DNA from: Auanema rhodensis
Taxonomy: Eukaryota; Animalia; Nematoda
Length of the DNA stretch: 64,000 bases
Direction of reading: 5' to 3'
NCBI GenBank assembly: GCA_964057225.1
Contig: OZ059894.1
Coordinates: 5,022,001-5,086,000, forward strand
The notes beneath the pieces were generated by a model. It was not told where the DNA came from and ran no database searches. It was given only the letters and a program-made list of their open reading frames with translations. Positions 44,801 to 59,479 of this stretch are shown here, in pieces. How positions within the stretch are numbered: the first letter of the stretch is position 1; the number at the start of each line of letters is the position of its first letter. The position numbers were made by a program, and so were the translations under genes.

Positions 44801-47300
44801 ACATCTACTTTTTGCTAAATTATTTTGAAATTTTTCGAAAAAATTTTTGTCAAAATGTTTTTGGAAGCTATGTTGAGTGTACATGGAAACTCAACATACA
44901 CTTATGCATCATTTTTCAAACGATCATAACTAATTTTTGTATTAAGCGTTCCTCAATGTAGTATAGTGCATTCGATGCGGATTTTTAAGCTGCGTCGATC
45001 TGTGTTATCAGATTTGCGCTAGCTTAAAAATGCACCGAGATATCAACTGATATAAGTTCACACTTATATCCTCCATTTTCACCCTGAAGAATTAATTTTT
45101 TCGTTGAATAACATTGTCCATCGTCTTTGCCTTGAAAAAAGGAATCTAAAAACATCTACTTTTTGCTAAATTATTTTGAAATTTTTCGAAAAAATTTTTG
45201 TCAAAATGTTTTTGGAAGCTATGTTGAGTGTACATGGAAACTCAACATACACTAATGCATCATTTTTCAAACGATCATAACTAATTTTTGTATTAAGCGT
45301 TTCTCAAAGTAGTATAGTGCATTCGATGCGGATTTCCCAGCTGCGTCGATCTGTGTTATCAGATTTGCGCTAGCTTAAAAATGCACCGAGATATCAACTG
45401 ATATAAGTTCACACTTATATCCTCCATTTTCACCCTGAAGAATTAATTTTTTCGTTGAATAACATTGTCCATCGTCTTTGCCTTGAAAGAAGGAATCTAA
45501 AAACATCTACTTTTTGCTAAATTATTTTGAAATTTTTCGAAAAAATTTTTGTCAAAATGTTTTTGGAAGCTATGTTGAGTGTACATGGAAACTCAACATA
45601 CACTTATGCATCATTTTTCAAACGATCATAACTAATTTTTGTATTAAGCGTTCCTCAATGTAGTATAGTGCATTCGATGCGGATTTTTAAGCTGCGTCGA
45701 TCTGTGTTATCAGATTTGCGCTAGCTTAAAAATGCACCGAGATATCAACTGATATAAGTTCACACTTATATCCTCGATTTTCACCCTGAAGAATTAATTT
45801 TTTCGTTGAATAACATTGTCCATCGTCTTTGCCTTGAAAAAAGGAATCTAAAAACATCTACTTTTTGCTAAATTATTTTGAAATTTTTCGAAAAAATTTT
45901 TGTCAAAATGTTTTTGGAAGCTATGTTGAGTGTACATGGAAACTCAACATACACTTATGCATCATTTTTCAAACGATCATAACTAATTTTTGTATTAAGC
46001 GTTCCTCAATGTAGTATAGTGCATTCGATGCGGATTTTTAAGCTGCGTCGATCTGTGTTATCAGATTTGCGCTAGCTTAAAAATGCACCGAGATATCAAC
46101 TGATATAAGTTCACACTTATATCCTTGATTTTCACCCTGGAGAATTAATTTTTTCGTTGAATAACATTGTCCATCGTCTTTGCCTTGAAAAAAGGAATCT
46201 AAAAACATCTACTTTTTGCTAAATTATTTTGAAATTTTTCGAAAAAATTTTTGTCAAAATGTTTTTGGAAGCTATGTTGAGTGTACATGGAAACTCAACA
46301 TACACTTATGCATCATTTTTCAAACGATCATAACTAATTTTTGTATTAAGCGTTCTTCAATGTAGTATAGTGCATTCGATGCGGATTTTTAAGCTGCGTC
46401 GATCTGTGTTATCAGATTTGCGCTAGCTTAAAAATGCACCGAGATATCAACTGATATAAGTTCACACTTATATCCTTGATTTTCACCCTGAAGAATTAAT
46501 TTTTTCGTTGAATAACATTGTCCATCGTCTTTGCCTTGAAAAAAGGAATCTAAAAACATCTACTTTTTGCTAAATTATTTTGAAATTTTTCGAAAAAATT
46601 TTTGTCAAAATGTTTTTGGAAGCTATGTTGAGTGTACATGGAAACTCAACATACACTAATGCATCATTTTTCAAACGATCATAACTAATTTTTGTATTAA
46701 GCGTTCCTCAATGTAGTATAGTGCATTCGATGCGGATTTTTAAGCTGCGTCGATCTGTGTTATCAGATTTGCGCTAGCTTAAAAATGCACCGAGATATCA
46801 ACTGATATAAGTTCACACTTATATCCTTGATTTTCACCCTGAAAAATTAATTTTTTCGTTGAATAACATTGTCCATCGTCTTTGCCTTGAAAAAAGGAAT
46901 CTAAAAACATCTACTTTTTGCTAAATTATTTTGAAATTTTTCGAAAAAATTTTTGTCAACATGTTTTTGGAAGCTATGTTGAGTGTACATGGAAACTCAA
47001 CATACACTAATGCATCATTTTTCAAACGATCATAACTAATTTTTGTATTAAGCGTTTCTCAAAGTAGTATAGTGCATTCGATGCGGATTTCCAAGCTGCG
47101 TCGATCTGTGTTATCAGATTTGCGCTAGCTTAAAAATGCACCGAGATATCAACTGATATAAGTTCACACTTATATCCTCCATTTTCACCCTGAAGAATTA
47201 ATTTTTTCGTTGAATAACATTGTCCATCGTCTTTGCCTTGAAAAAAGGAATCTAAAAACATCTACTTTTTGCTAAATTATTTTGAAATTTTTCGAAAAAA
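41900..47300 (+). repeat. Higher-order duplication with 10-monomer (3510-bp) offset; boundaries approximate
   Basis: Marker pairs 3510 bp apart: GAAAGAAGG 41979/45489, GTTCTTCAAT 42846/46356, GTCAAC 43450/46960. Confidence 0.85.
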
Positions 47301-50300
47301 TTTTTGTCAAAATGTTTTTGGAAGCTATGTTGAGTGTACATGGAAACTCAACATACACTAATGCATCATTTTTCAAACGATCATAACTAATTTTTGTATT
47401 AAGCGTTTCTCAAAGTAGTATAGTGCATTCGATGCGGATTTCCAAGCTGCGTCGATCTGTGTTATCAGATTTGCGCTAGCTTAAAAATGCACCGAGATAT
47501 CAACTGATATAAGTTCACACTTATATCCTCCATTTTCACCCTGAAGAATTAATTTTTTCGTTGAATAACATTGTCCATCGTCTTTGCCTTGAAAAAAGAA
47601 ATCTAAAAACATTTACTTTTTGCTAAATTATTTTGAAATTTTTCGAAAAAATTTTTGTCAAAATGTTTTTGGAAGCTATGTTGAGTGTACATGGAAACTC
47701 AACATACACTTATGCATCATTTTTCAAACGATCATAACTAATTTTTGTATTAAGCGTTCCTCAATGTAGTATAGTGCATTCGATGCGGATTTTTAAGCTG
47801 CGTCGATCTGTGTTATCAGATTTGCGCTAGCTTAAAAATGCACCGAGATATCAACTGATATAAGTTCACACTTATATCCTTGATTTTCACCCTGGAGAAT
47901 TAATTTTTTCGTTGAATAACATTGTCCATCGTCTTTGCCTTGAAAAAAGGAATCTAAAAACATCTACTTTTTGCTAAATTATTTTGAAATTTTTCGAAAA
48001 AATTTTTGTCAAAATGTTTTTGGAAGCTATGTTGAGTGTACATGGAAACTCAACATACACTAATGCATCATTTTTCAAACGATCATAACTAATTTTTGTA
48101 TTAAGCGTTTCTCAAAGTAGTATAGTGCATTCGATGCGGATTTCCAAGCTGCGTCGATCTGTGTTATCAGATTTGCGCTAGCTTAAAAATGCACCGAGAT
48201 ATCAACTGATATAAGTTCACACTTATATCCTCCATTTTCACCCTGAAGAATTAATTTTTTCGTTGAATAACATTGTCCATCGTCTTTGCCTTGAAAAAAG
48301 GAATCTAAAAACATTTACTTTTTGCTAAATTATTTTGAAATTTTTCGAAAAAATTTTTGTCAAAATGTTTTTGGAAGCTATGTTGAGTGTACATGGAAAC
48401 TCAACATACACTTATGCATCATTTTTCAAACGATCATAACTAATTTTTGTATTAAGCGTTCCTCAATGTAGTATAGTGCATTCGATGCGGATTTTTAAGC
48501 TGCGTCGATCTGTGTTATCAGATTTGCGCTAGCTTAAAAATGCACCGAGATATCAACTGATATAAGTTCACACTTATATCCTTGATTTTCACCCTGGAGA
48601 ATTAATTTTTTCGTTGAATAACATTGTCCATCGTCTTTGCCTTGAAAAAAGGAATCTAAAAACATCTACTTTTTGCTAAATTATTTTGAAATTTTTCGAA
48701 AAAATTTTTGTCAAAATGTTTTTGGAAGCTATGTTGAGTGTACATGGAAACTCAACATACACTTATGCATCATTTTTCAAACGATCATAACTAATTTTTG
48801 TATTAAGCGTTCCTCAATGTAGTATAGTGCATTCGATGCGGATTTTTAAGCTGCGTCGATCTGTGTTATCAGATTTGCGCTAGCTTAAAAATGCACCGAG
48901 ATATCAACTGATATAAGTTCACACTTATATCCTTGATTTTCACCCTGTAGAATTAATTTTTTCGTTGAATAACATTGTCCATCGTCTTTGCCTTGAAAAA
49001 AGGAATCTAAAAACATCTACTTTTTGCTAAATTATTTTGAAATTTTTCGAAAAAATTTTTGTCAAAATGTTTTTGGAAGCTATGTTGAGTGTACATGGAA
49101 ACTCAACATACACTTATGCATCATTTTTCAAACGATCATAACTAATTTTTGTATTAAGCGTTCCTCAATGTAGTATAGTGCATTCGATGCGGATTTTTAA
49201 GCTGCGTCGATCTGTGTTATCAGATTTGCGCTAGCTTAAAAATGCACCGAGATATCAACTGATATAAGTTCACACTTATATCCTTGATTTTCACCCTGGA
49301 GAATTAATTTTTTCGTTGAATAACATTGTCCATCGTCTTTGCCTTGAAAAAAGGAATCTAAAAACATCTACTTTTTGCTAAATTATTTTGAAATTTTTCG
49401 AAAAAATTTTTGTCAAAATGTTTTTGGAAGCTATGTTGAGTGTACATGGAAACTCAACATACACTTATGCATCATTTTTCAAACGATCATAACTAATTTT
49501 TGTATTAAGCGTTCTTCAATGTAGTATAGTGCATTCGATGCGGATTTTTAAGCTGCGTCGATCTGTGTTATCAGATTTGCGCTAGCTTAAAAATGCACCG
49601 AGATATCAACTGATATAAGTTCACACTTATATCCTTGATTTTCACCCTGAAGAATTAATTTTTTCGTTGAATAACATTGTCCATCGTCTTTGCCTTGAAA
49701 AAAGGAATCTAAAAACATCTACTTTTTGCTAAATTATTTTGAAATTTTTCGAAAAAATTTTTGTCAAAATGTTTTTGGAAGCTATGTTGAGTGTACATGG
49801 AAACTCAACATACACTAATGCATCATTTTTCAAACGATCATAACTAATTTTTGTATTAAGCGTTCCTCAATGTAGTATAGTGCATTCGATGCGGATTTTT
49901 AAGCTGCGTCGATCTGTGTTATCAGATTTGCGCTAGCTTAAAAATGCACCGAGATATCAACTGATATAAGTTCACACTTATATCCTTGATTTTCACCCTG
50001 AAAAATTAATTTTTTCGTTGAATAACATTGTCCATCGTCTTTGCCTTAAAAAAAGGAATCTAAAAACATCTACTTTTTGCTAAATTATTTTGAAATTTTT
50101 TGAAAAAATTTTTGTCAAAATGTTTTTGGAAGCTATGTTGAGTGTACATGGAAACTCAACATACACTAATGCATCATTTTTCAAACGATCATAACTAATT
50201 TTTGTATTAAGCGTTTCTCAAAGTAGTATAGTGCATTCGATGCGGATTTCCAAGCTGCGTCGATCTGTGTTATCAGATTTGCGCTAGCTTAAAAATGCAC

Positions 50301-52099
50301 CGAGATATCAACTGATATAAGTTCACACTTATATCCTCCATTTTCACCCTGAAGAATTAATTTTTTCGTTGAATAACATTGTCCATCGTCTTTGCCTTGA
50401 AAAAAGGAATCTAAAAACATCTACTTTTTGCTAAATTATTTTGAAATTTTTCGAAAAAATTTTTGTCAAAATGTTTTTGGAAGCTATGTTGAGTGTACAT
50501 GGAAACTCAACATACACTAATGCATCATTTTTCAAACGATCATAACTAATTTTTGTATTAAGCGTTTCTCAAAGTAGTATAGTGCATTCGATGCGGATTT
50601 CCAAGCTGCGTCGATCTGTGTTATCAGATTTGCGCTAGCTTAAAAATGCACCGAGATATCAACTGATATAAGTTCACACTTATATCCTCCATTTTCACCC
50701 TGAAGAATTAATTTTTTCGTTGAATAACATTGTCCATCGTCTTTGCCTTGAAAAAAGGAATCTAAAAACATCTACTTTTTGCTAAATTATTTTGAAATTT
50801 TTCGAAAAAATTTTTGTCAAAATGTTTTTGGAAGCTATGTTGAGTGTACATGGAAACTCAACATACACTAATGCATCATTTTTCAAACGATCATAACTAA
50901 TTTTTGTATTAAGCGTTTCTCAAAGTAGTATAAAGCATTCGATGCGGATTTCCAAGCTGCGTCGATCTGTGTTATCAGATTTGCGCTAGCTTAAAAATGC
51001 ACCGAGATATCAACTGATATAAGTTCACACTTATATCCTCCATTTTCACCCTGAAGAATTAATTTTTTCGTTGAATAACATTGTCCATCGTCTTTGCCTT
51101 GAAAAAAGGAATCTAAAAACATTTACTTTTTGCTAAATTATTTTGAAATTTTTCGAAAAAATTTTTGTCAAAATGTTTTTGGAAGCTATGTTGAGTGTAC
51201 ATGGAAACTCAACATACACTTATGCATCATTTTTCAAACGATCATAACTAATTTTTGTATTAAGCGTTCCTCAATGTAGTATAGTGCATTCGATGCGGAT
51301 TTTTAAGCTGCGTCGATCTGTGTTATCAGATTTGCGCTAGCTTAAAAATGCACCGAGATATCAACTGATATAAGTTCACACTTATATCCTTGATTTTCAC
51401 CCTGGAGAATTAATTTTTTCGTTGAATAACATTGTCCATCGTCTTTGCCTTGAAAAAAGGAATCTAAAAACATCTACTTTTTGCTAAATTATTTTGAAAT
51501 TTTTCGAAAAAATTTTTGTCAAAATGTTTTTGGAAGCTATGTTGAGTGTACATGGAAACTCAACATACACTTATGCATCATTTTTCAAACGATCATAACT
51601 AATTTTTGTATTAAGCGTTCCTCAATGTAGTATAGTGCATTCGATGCGGATTTTTAAGCTGCGTCGATCTGTGTTATCAGATTTGCGCTAGCTTAAAAAT
51701 GCACCGAGATATCAACTGATATAAGTTCACACTTATATCCTTGATTTTCACCCTGGAGAATTAATTTTTTCGTTGAATAACATTGTCCATCGTCTTTGCC
51801 TTGAAAAAAGGAATCTAAAAACATCTACTTTTTGCTAAATTATTTTGAAATTTTTCGAAAAAATTTTTGTCAAAATGTTTTTGGAAGCAATGTTGAGTGT
51901 ACATGGAAACTCAACATACACTAATGCATCATTTTTCAAACGATCAAAACTAATTTTTGTATTAAGCGTTTCTCAAAGTAGTATAGTGCATTCGATGCGG
52001 ATTTTCAAGCTGCGTCGATCTGTGTTATCAGATTTGCGCTAGCTTAAAAATGCACCGAGATATCAACTGATATAAGTTCACACTTATATCCTCGATTTT

Positions 52100-55000
52100 C
52101 ACCCTGAAGAATTAATTTTTTCGTTGAATAACATTGTCCATCGTCTTTGCCTTGAAAAAAGGAATCTAAAAACATCTACTTTTTGCTAAATTATTTTGAA
52201 ATTTTTCGAAAAAATTTTTGTCAAAATGTTTTTGGAAGCTATGTTGAGTGTACATGGAAACTCAACATACACTAATGCATCATTTTTCAAACGATCATAA
52301 CTAATTTTTGTATTAAGCGTTTCTCAAAGTAGTATAGTGCATTCGATGCGGATTTTCAAGTTGCGTCGATCTGTGTTATCAGATTTGCGCTAGCTTAAAA
52401 ATGCACCGAGATATCAACTGATATAAGTTCACACTTATATCCTCGATTTTCACCCTGAAGAATTAATTTTTTCGTTGAATAACATTGTCCATCGTCTTTG
52501 CCTTGAAAAAAGGAATCTAAAAACATCTACTTTTTGCTAAATTATTTTGAAATTTTTCGAAAAAATTTTTGTCAAAATGTTTTTGGAAGCTATGTTGAGT
52601 GTACATGGAAACTCAACATACACTAATGCATCATTTTTCAAACGATCATAACTAATTTTTGTATTAAGCGTTTCTCAAAGTAGTATAGTGCATTCGATGC
52701 GGATTTCCAAGCTGCGTCGATCTGTGTTATCAGATTTGCGCTAGCTTAAAAATGCACCGAGATATCAACTGATATAAGTTCACACTTATATCCTCCATTT
52801 TCACCCTGAAGAATTAATTTTTTCGTTGAATAACATTGTCCATCGTCTTTGCCTTGAAAGAAGGAATCTAAAAACATCTACTTTTTGCTAAATTATTTTG
52901 AAATTTTTCGAAAAAATTTTTGTCAAAATGTTTTTGGAAGCTATGTTGAGTGTACATGGAAACTCAACATACACTTATGCATCATTTTTCAAACGATCAT
53001 AACTAATTTTTGTATTAAGCGTTCCTCAATGTAGTATAGTGCATTCGATGCGGATTTTTAAGCTGCGTCGATCTGTGTTATCAGATTTGCGCTAGCTTAA
53101 AAATGCACCGAGATATCAACTGATATAAGTTCACACTTATATCCTCGATTTTCACCCTGAAGAATTAATTTTTTCGTTGAATAACATTGTCCATCGTCTT
53201 TGCCTTGAAAAAAGGAATCTAAAAACATCTACTTTTTGCTAAATTATTTTGAAATTTTTCGAAAAAATTTTTGTCAAAATGTTTTTGGAAGCTATGTTGA
53301 GTGTACATGGAAACTCAACATACACTTATGCATCATTTTTCAAACGATCATAACTAATTTTTGTATTAAGCGTTCCTCAATGTAGTATAGTGCATTCAAT
53401 GCGGATTTTTGAGCTGCGTCGATCTGTGTTATCAGATTTGCGCTAGCTTAAAAATGCACCGAGATATCAACTGATATAAGTTCACACTTATATCCTTGAT
53501 TTTCACCCTGGAGAATTAATTTTTTCGTTGAATAACATTGTCCATCGTCTTTGCCTTGAAAAAAGGAATCTAAAAACATCTACTTTTTGCTAAATTATTT
53601 TGAAATTTTTCGAAAAAATTTTTGTCAAAATGTTTTTGGAAGCAATGTTGAGTGTACATGGAAACTCAACATACACTAATGCATTATTTTTCAAACGATC
53701 ATAACTAATTTTTGTATTAAGCGTTTCTCAAAGTAGTATAGTGCATTCGATGCGGATTTTTAAGCTGCGTCGATCTGTGTTATCAGATTTGCGCTAGCTT
53801 AAAAATGCACCGAGATATCAACTGATATAAGTTCACACTTATATCCTCGATTTTCACCCTGAAGAATTAATTTTTTCGTTGAATAACATTGTCCATCGTC
53901 TTTGCCTTGAAAAAAGGAATCTAAAAACATCTACTTTTTGCTAAATTATTTTGAAATTTTTCGAAAAAATTTTTGTCAAAATGTTTTTGGAAGCTATGTT
54001 GAGTGTACATGGAAACTCAACATACACTAATGCATCATTTTTCAAACGATCATAACTAATTTTTGTATTAAGCGTTTCTCAAAGTAGTATAGTGCATTCG
54101 ATGCGGATTTTCAAGTTGCGTCGATCTGTGTTATCAGATTTGCGCTAGCTTAAAAATGCACCGAGATATCAACTGATATAAGTTCACACTTATATCCTCG
54201 ATTTTCACCCTGAAGAATTAATTTTTTCGTTGAATAACATTGTCCATCGTCTTTGCCTTGAAAAAAGAAATCTAAAAACATCTACTTTTTGCTAAATTAT
54301 TTTGAAATTTTTCGAAAAAATTTTTGTCAAAATGTTTTTGGAAGCTATGTTGAGTGTACATGGAAACTCAACATACACTAATGCATTATTTTTCAAACGA
54401 TCATAACTAATTTTTGTATTAAGCGTTCCTCAATGTAGTATAGTGCATTCGATGCGGATTTTTAAGCTGCGTCGATCTGTGTTATCAGATTTGCGCTAGC
54501 TTAAAAATGCACCGAGATATCAACTGATATAAGTTCACACTTATATCCTTGATTTTCACCCTGGAGAATTAATTTTTTCGTTGAATAACATTGTCGATCG
54601 TCTTTGTCTTGAAAAAAGGAATCTAAAAACATCTACTTTTTGCTAAATTATTTTGAAATTTTTCGAAAAAATTTTTGTCAAAATGTTTTTGGAAGCAATG
54701 TTGAGTGTACATGGAAACTCAACATACACTAATGCATCATTTTTCAAACGATCATAACTAATTTTTGTATTAAGCGTTCCTCAATGTAGTATAGTGCATT
54801 CGATGCGGATTTTCAAGCTGTGTCGATCTGTGTTATCAGATTTGCGCTAGCTTAAAAATGCACCGAGATATCAACTGATATAAGTTCACACTTATATCCT
54901 CGATTTTCACCCTGAAGAATTAATTTTTTCGTTGAATAACATTGTCCATCGTCTTTGCCTTGAAAAAAGGAATCTAAAAACATCTACTTTTTGCTAAATT

Positions 55001-57720
55001 ATTTTGAAATTTTTCGAAAAAATTTTTGTCAAAATGTTTTTGGAAGCTATGTTGAGTGTACATGGAAACTCAACATACACTAATGCATCATTTTTCAAAC
55101 GATCATAACTAATTTTTGTATTAAGCGTTTCTCAAAGTAGTATAGTGCATTCGATGCGGATTTTCAAGTTGCGTCGATCTGTGTTATCAGATTTGCGCTA
55201 GCTTAAAAATGCACCGAGATATCAACTGATATAAGTTCACACTTATATCCTCGATTTTCACCCTGAAGAATTAATTTTTTCGTTGAATAACATTGTCCAT
55301 CGTCTTTGCCTTGAAAAAAGGAATCTAAAAACATCTACTTTTTGCTAAATTATTTTGAAATTTTTCGAAAAAATTTTTGTCAAAATGTTTTTGGAAGCTA
55401 TGTTGAGTGTACATGGAAACTCAACATACACTAATGCATCATTTTTCAAACGATCATAACTAATTTTTGTATTAAGCGTTTCTCAAAGTAGTATAGTGCA
55501 TTCGATGCGGATTTCCAAGCTGCGTCGATCTGTGTTATCAGATTTGCGCTAGCTTAAAAATGCACCGAGATATCAACTGATATAAGTTCACACTTATATC
55601 CTCCATTTTCACCCTGAAGAATTAATTTTTTCGTTGAATAACATTGTCCATCGTCTTTGCCTTGAAAGAAGGAATCTAAAAACATCTACTTTTTGCTAAA
55701 TTATTTTGAAATTTTTCGAAAAAATTTTTGTCAAAATGTTTTTGGAAGCTATGTTGAGTGTACATGGAAACTCAACATACACTTATGCATCATTTTTCAA
55801 ACGATCATAACTAATTTTTGTATTAAGCGTTCCTCAATGTAGTATAGTGCATTCGATGCGGATTTTTAAGCTGCGTCGATCTGTGTTATCAGATTTGCGC
55901 TAGCTTAAAAATGCACCGAGATATCAACTGATATAAGTTCACACTTATATCCTCGATTTTCACCCTGAAGAATTAATTTTTTCGTTGAATAACATTGTCC
56001 ATCGTCTTTGCCTTGAAAAAAGGAATCTAAAAACATCTACTTTTTGCTAAATTATTTTGAAATTTTTCGAAAAAATTTTTGTCAAAATGTTTTTGGAAGC
56101 TATGTTGAGTGTACATGGAAACTCAACATACACTTATGCATCATTTTTCAAACGATCATAACTAATTTTTGTATTAAGCGTTCCTCAATGTAGTATAGTG
56201 CATTCAATGCGGATTTTTGAGCTGCGTCGATCTGTGTTATCAGATTTGCGCTAGCTTAAAAATGCACCGAGATATCAACTGATATAAGTTCACACTTATA
56301 TCCTTGATTTTCACCCTGGAGAATTAATTTTTTCGTTGAATAACATTGTCCATCGTCTTTGCCTTGAAAAAAGGAATCTAAAAACATCTACTTTTTGCTA
56401 AATTATTTTGAAATTTTTCGAAAAAATTTTTGTCAAAATGTTTTTGGAAGCAATGTTGAGTGTACATGGAAACTCAACATACACTAATGCATTATTTTTC
56501 AAACGATCATAACTAATTTTTGTATTAAGCGTTTCTCAAAGTAGTATAGTGCATTCGATGCGGATTTTTAAGCTGCGTCGATCTGTGTTATCAGATTTGC
56601 GCTAGCTTAAAAATGCACCGAGATATCAACTGATATAAGTTCACACTTATATCCTCGATTTTCACCCTGAAGAATTAATTTTTTCGTTGAATAACATTGT
56701 CCATCGTCTTTGCCTTGAAAAAAGGAATCTAAAAACATCTACTTTTTGCTAAATTATTTTGAAATTTTTCGAAAAAATTTTTGTCAAAATGTTTTTGGAA
56801 GCTATGTTGAGTGTACATGGAAACTCAACATACACTAATGCATCATTTTTCAAACGATCATAACTAATTTTTGTATTAAGCGTTTCTCAAAGTAGTATAG
56901 TGCATTCGATGCGGATTTTCAAGTTGCGTCGATCTGTGTTATCAGATTTGCGCTAGCTTAAAAATGCACCGAGATATCAACTGATATAAGTTCACACTTA
57001 TATCCTCGATTTTCACCCTGAAGAATTAATTTTTTCGTTGAATAACATTGTCCATCGTCTTTGCCTTGAAAAAAGAAATCTAAAAACATCTACTTTTTGC
57101 TAAATTATTTTGAAATTTTTCGAAAAAATTTTTGTCAAAATGTTTTTGGAAGCTATGTTGAGTGTACATGGAAACTCAACATACACTAATGCATTATTTT
57201 TCAAACGATCATAACTAATTTTTGTATTAAGCGTTCCTCAATGTAGTATAGTGCATTCGATGCGGATTTTTAAGCTGCGTCGATCTGTGTTATCAGATTT
57301 GCGCTAGCTTAAAAATGCACCGAGATATCAACTGATATAAGTTCACACTTATATCCTTGATTTTCACCCTGGAGAATTAATTTTTTCGTTGAATAACATT
57401 GTCGATCGTCTTTGTCTTGAAAAAAGGAATCTAAAAACATCTACTTTTTGCTAAATTATTTTGAAATTTTTCGAAAAAATTTTTGTCAAAATGTTTTTGG
57501 AAGCAATGTTGAGTGTACATGGAAACTCAACATACACTAATGCATCATTTTTCAAACGATCATAACTAATTTTTGTATTAAGCGTTCCTCAATGTAGTAT
57601 AGTGCATTCGATGCGGATTTTCAAGCTGTGTCGATCTGTGTTATCAGATTTGCGCTAGCTTAAAAATGCACCGAGATATCAACTGATATAAGTTCACACT
57701 TATATCCTCGATTTTCACCC
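52100..57720 (+). repeat. Tandem higher-order repeat: 2 x 8 monomers (2808-bp unit); boundaries approximate
   Basis: Markers repeat at +2808: GAAAGAAGG 52860/55668, CATTCAAT 53398/56206, TTTGAGC 53411/56219, GTCGATCG 54596/57404, GCTGTGTC 54821/57629. Confidence 0.92.
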
Positions 57721-59479
57721 TGAAGAATTGATTTTTTCGTTGAATAACATTGTCCATCGTCTTTGCCTTGAAAAAAGGAATCTAAAAACATCTACTTTTT
57801 GCTAAATTATTCTGAAATTTTTCGAAAAAATTTTTGTCAAAATGTTTTTGGAAGCAATGTTGAGTGTACATGGAAACTCAACATACACTAATGCATCATT
57901 TTTCAAACGATCATAACTAATTTTTGTATCAAGCGTTTCTCAAAGTAGTATAGTGCATTCGATGCGGATTTTCAAGCTGCGTCGATCTGTGTTATCAGAT
58001 TTGCGCTAGCTTAAAAATGCACCGAGATATCAACTGATATAAGTTCACACTTATATCCTCGATTTTCACCCTGAAGAATTAATTTTTTCGTTGAATAACA
58101 TTGTCCATCGTCTTTGCCTTAAAAAAAGGAATCTAAAAACATCTACTTTCTGCTAAATTATTTCGAAATTTTTCGAAAAAAGTTTTGTCAAAATGTTTTT
58201 GGAAGCAATGTTGAGTGTACATGGAAACTCAACATACACTAATGCATCATTTTTCAAACGATCATAACTAATTTTTGTATTAAGCGTTTCTCAAAGTAGT
58301 ATAGTGCATTCGATGCGGATTTTCAAGCTGCGTCGATCTGTGTTATCAGATTTGCGCTAGCTTAAAAATGCACCGAGATATCAACTGATATAAGTTCACA
58401 CTTATATCCTCCATTTTCACCCTGAAGAATTAATTTTTTCGTTGAATAACATTGTCCATCGTCTTTGCCTTGAAAAAAGGAATCTAAAAACATCTACTTT
58501 TTGCTAAATTATTTTGAAATTTTTCGAAAAAATTTTTGTCAAAATGTTTTTGGAAGCTATGTTGAGTGTACATGGAAACTCAACATACACTAATGCATCA
58601 TTTTTCAAACGATCATAACTAATTTTTGTATTAAGCGTTTCTCAAAGTAGTATAAAGCATTCGATGCGGATTTCCAAGCTGCGTCGATCTGTGTTATCAG
58701 ATTTGCGCTAGCTTAAAAATGCACCGAGATATCAACTGATATAAGTTCACACTTATATCCTCCATTTTCACCCTGAAGAATTAATTTTTTCGTTGAATAA
58801 CATTGTCCATCGTCTTTGCCTTGAAAAAAGGAATCTAAAAACATTTACTTTTTGCTAAATTATTTTGAAATTTTTCGAAAAAATTTTTGTCAAAATGTTT
58901 TTGGAAGCTATGTTGAGTGTACATGGAAACTCAACATACACTTATGCATCATTTTTCAAACGATCATAACTAATTTTTGTATTAAGCGTTCCTCAATGTA
59001 GTATAGTGCATTCGATGCGGATTTTTAAGCTGCGTCGATCTGTGTTATCAGATTTGCGCTAGCTTAAAAATGCACCGAGATATCAACTGATATAAGTTCA
59101 CACTTATATCCTTGATTTTCACCCTGGAGAATTAATTTTTTCGTTGAATAACATTGTCCATCGTCTTTGCCTTGAAAAAAGGAATCTAAAAACATCTACT
59201 TTTTGCTAAATTATTTTGAAATTTTTCGAAAAAATTTTTGTCAAAATGTTTTTGGAAGCTATGTTGAGTGTACATGGAAACTCAACATACACTTATGCAT
59301 CATTTTTCAAACGATCATAACTAATTTTTGTATTAAGCGTTCCTCAATGTAGTATAGTGCATTCGATGCGGATTTTTAAGCTGCGTCGATCTGTGTTATC
59401 AGATTTGCGCTAGCTTAAAAATGCACCGAGATATCAACTGATATAAGTTCACACTTATATCCTTGATTTTCACCCTGGA

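Noticed and set aside
51845-52042. 65-aa ORF MKFFEKIF... (also 59567, 60620 and 63584 on the minus strand)
   Set aside because: It lies wholly within the satellite, starts at TTG, and is opened only by a TAA>AAA SNP in four related monomers. No recognisable domain. Useful only as a lineage marker.
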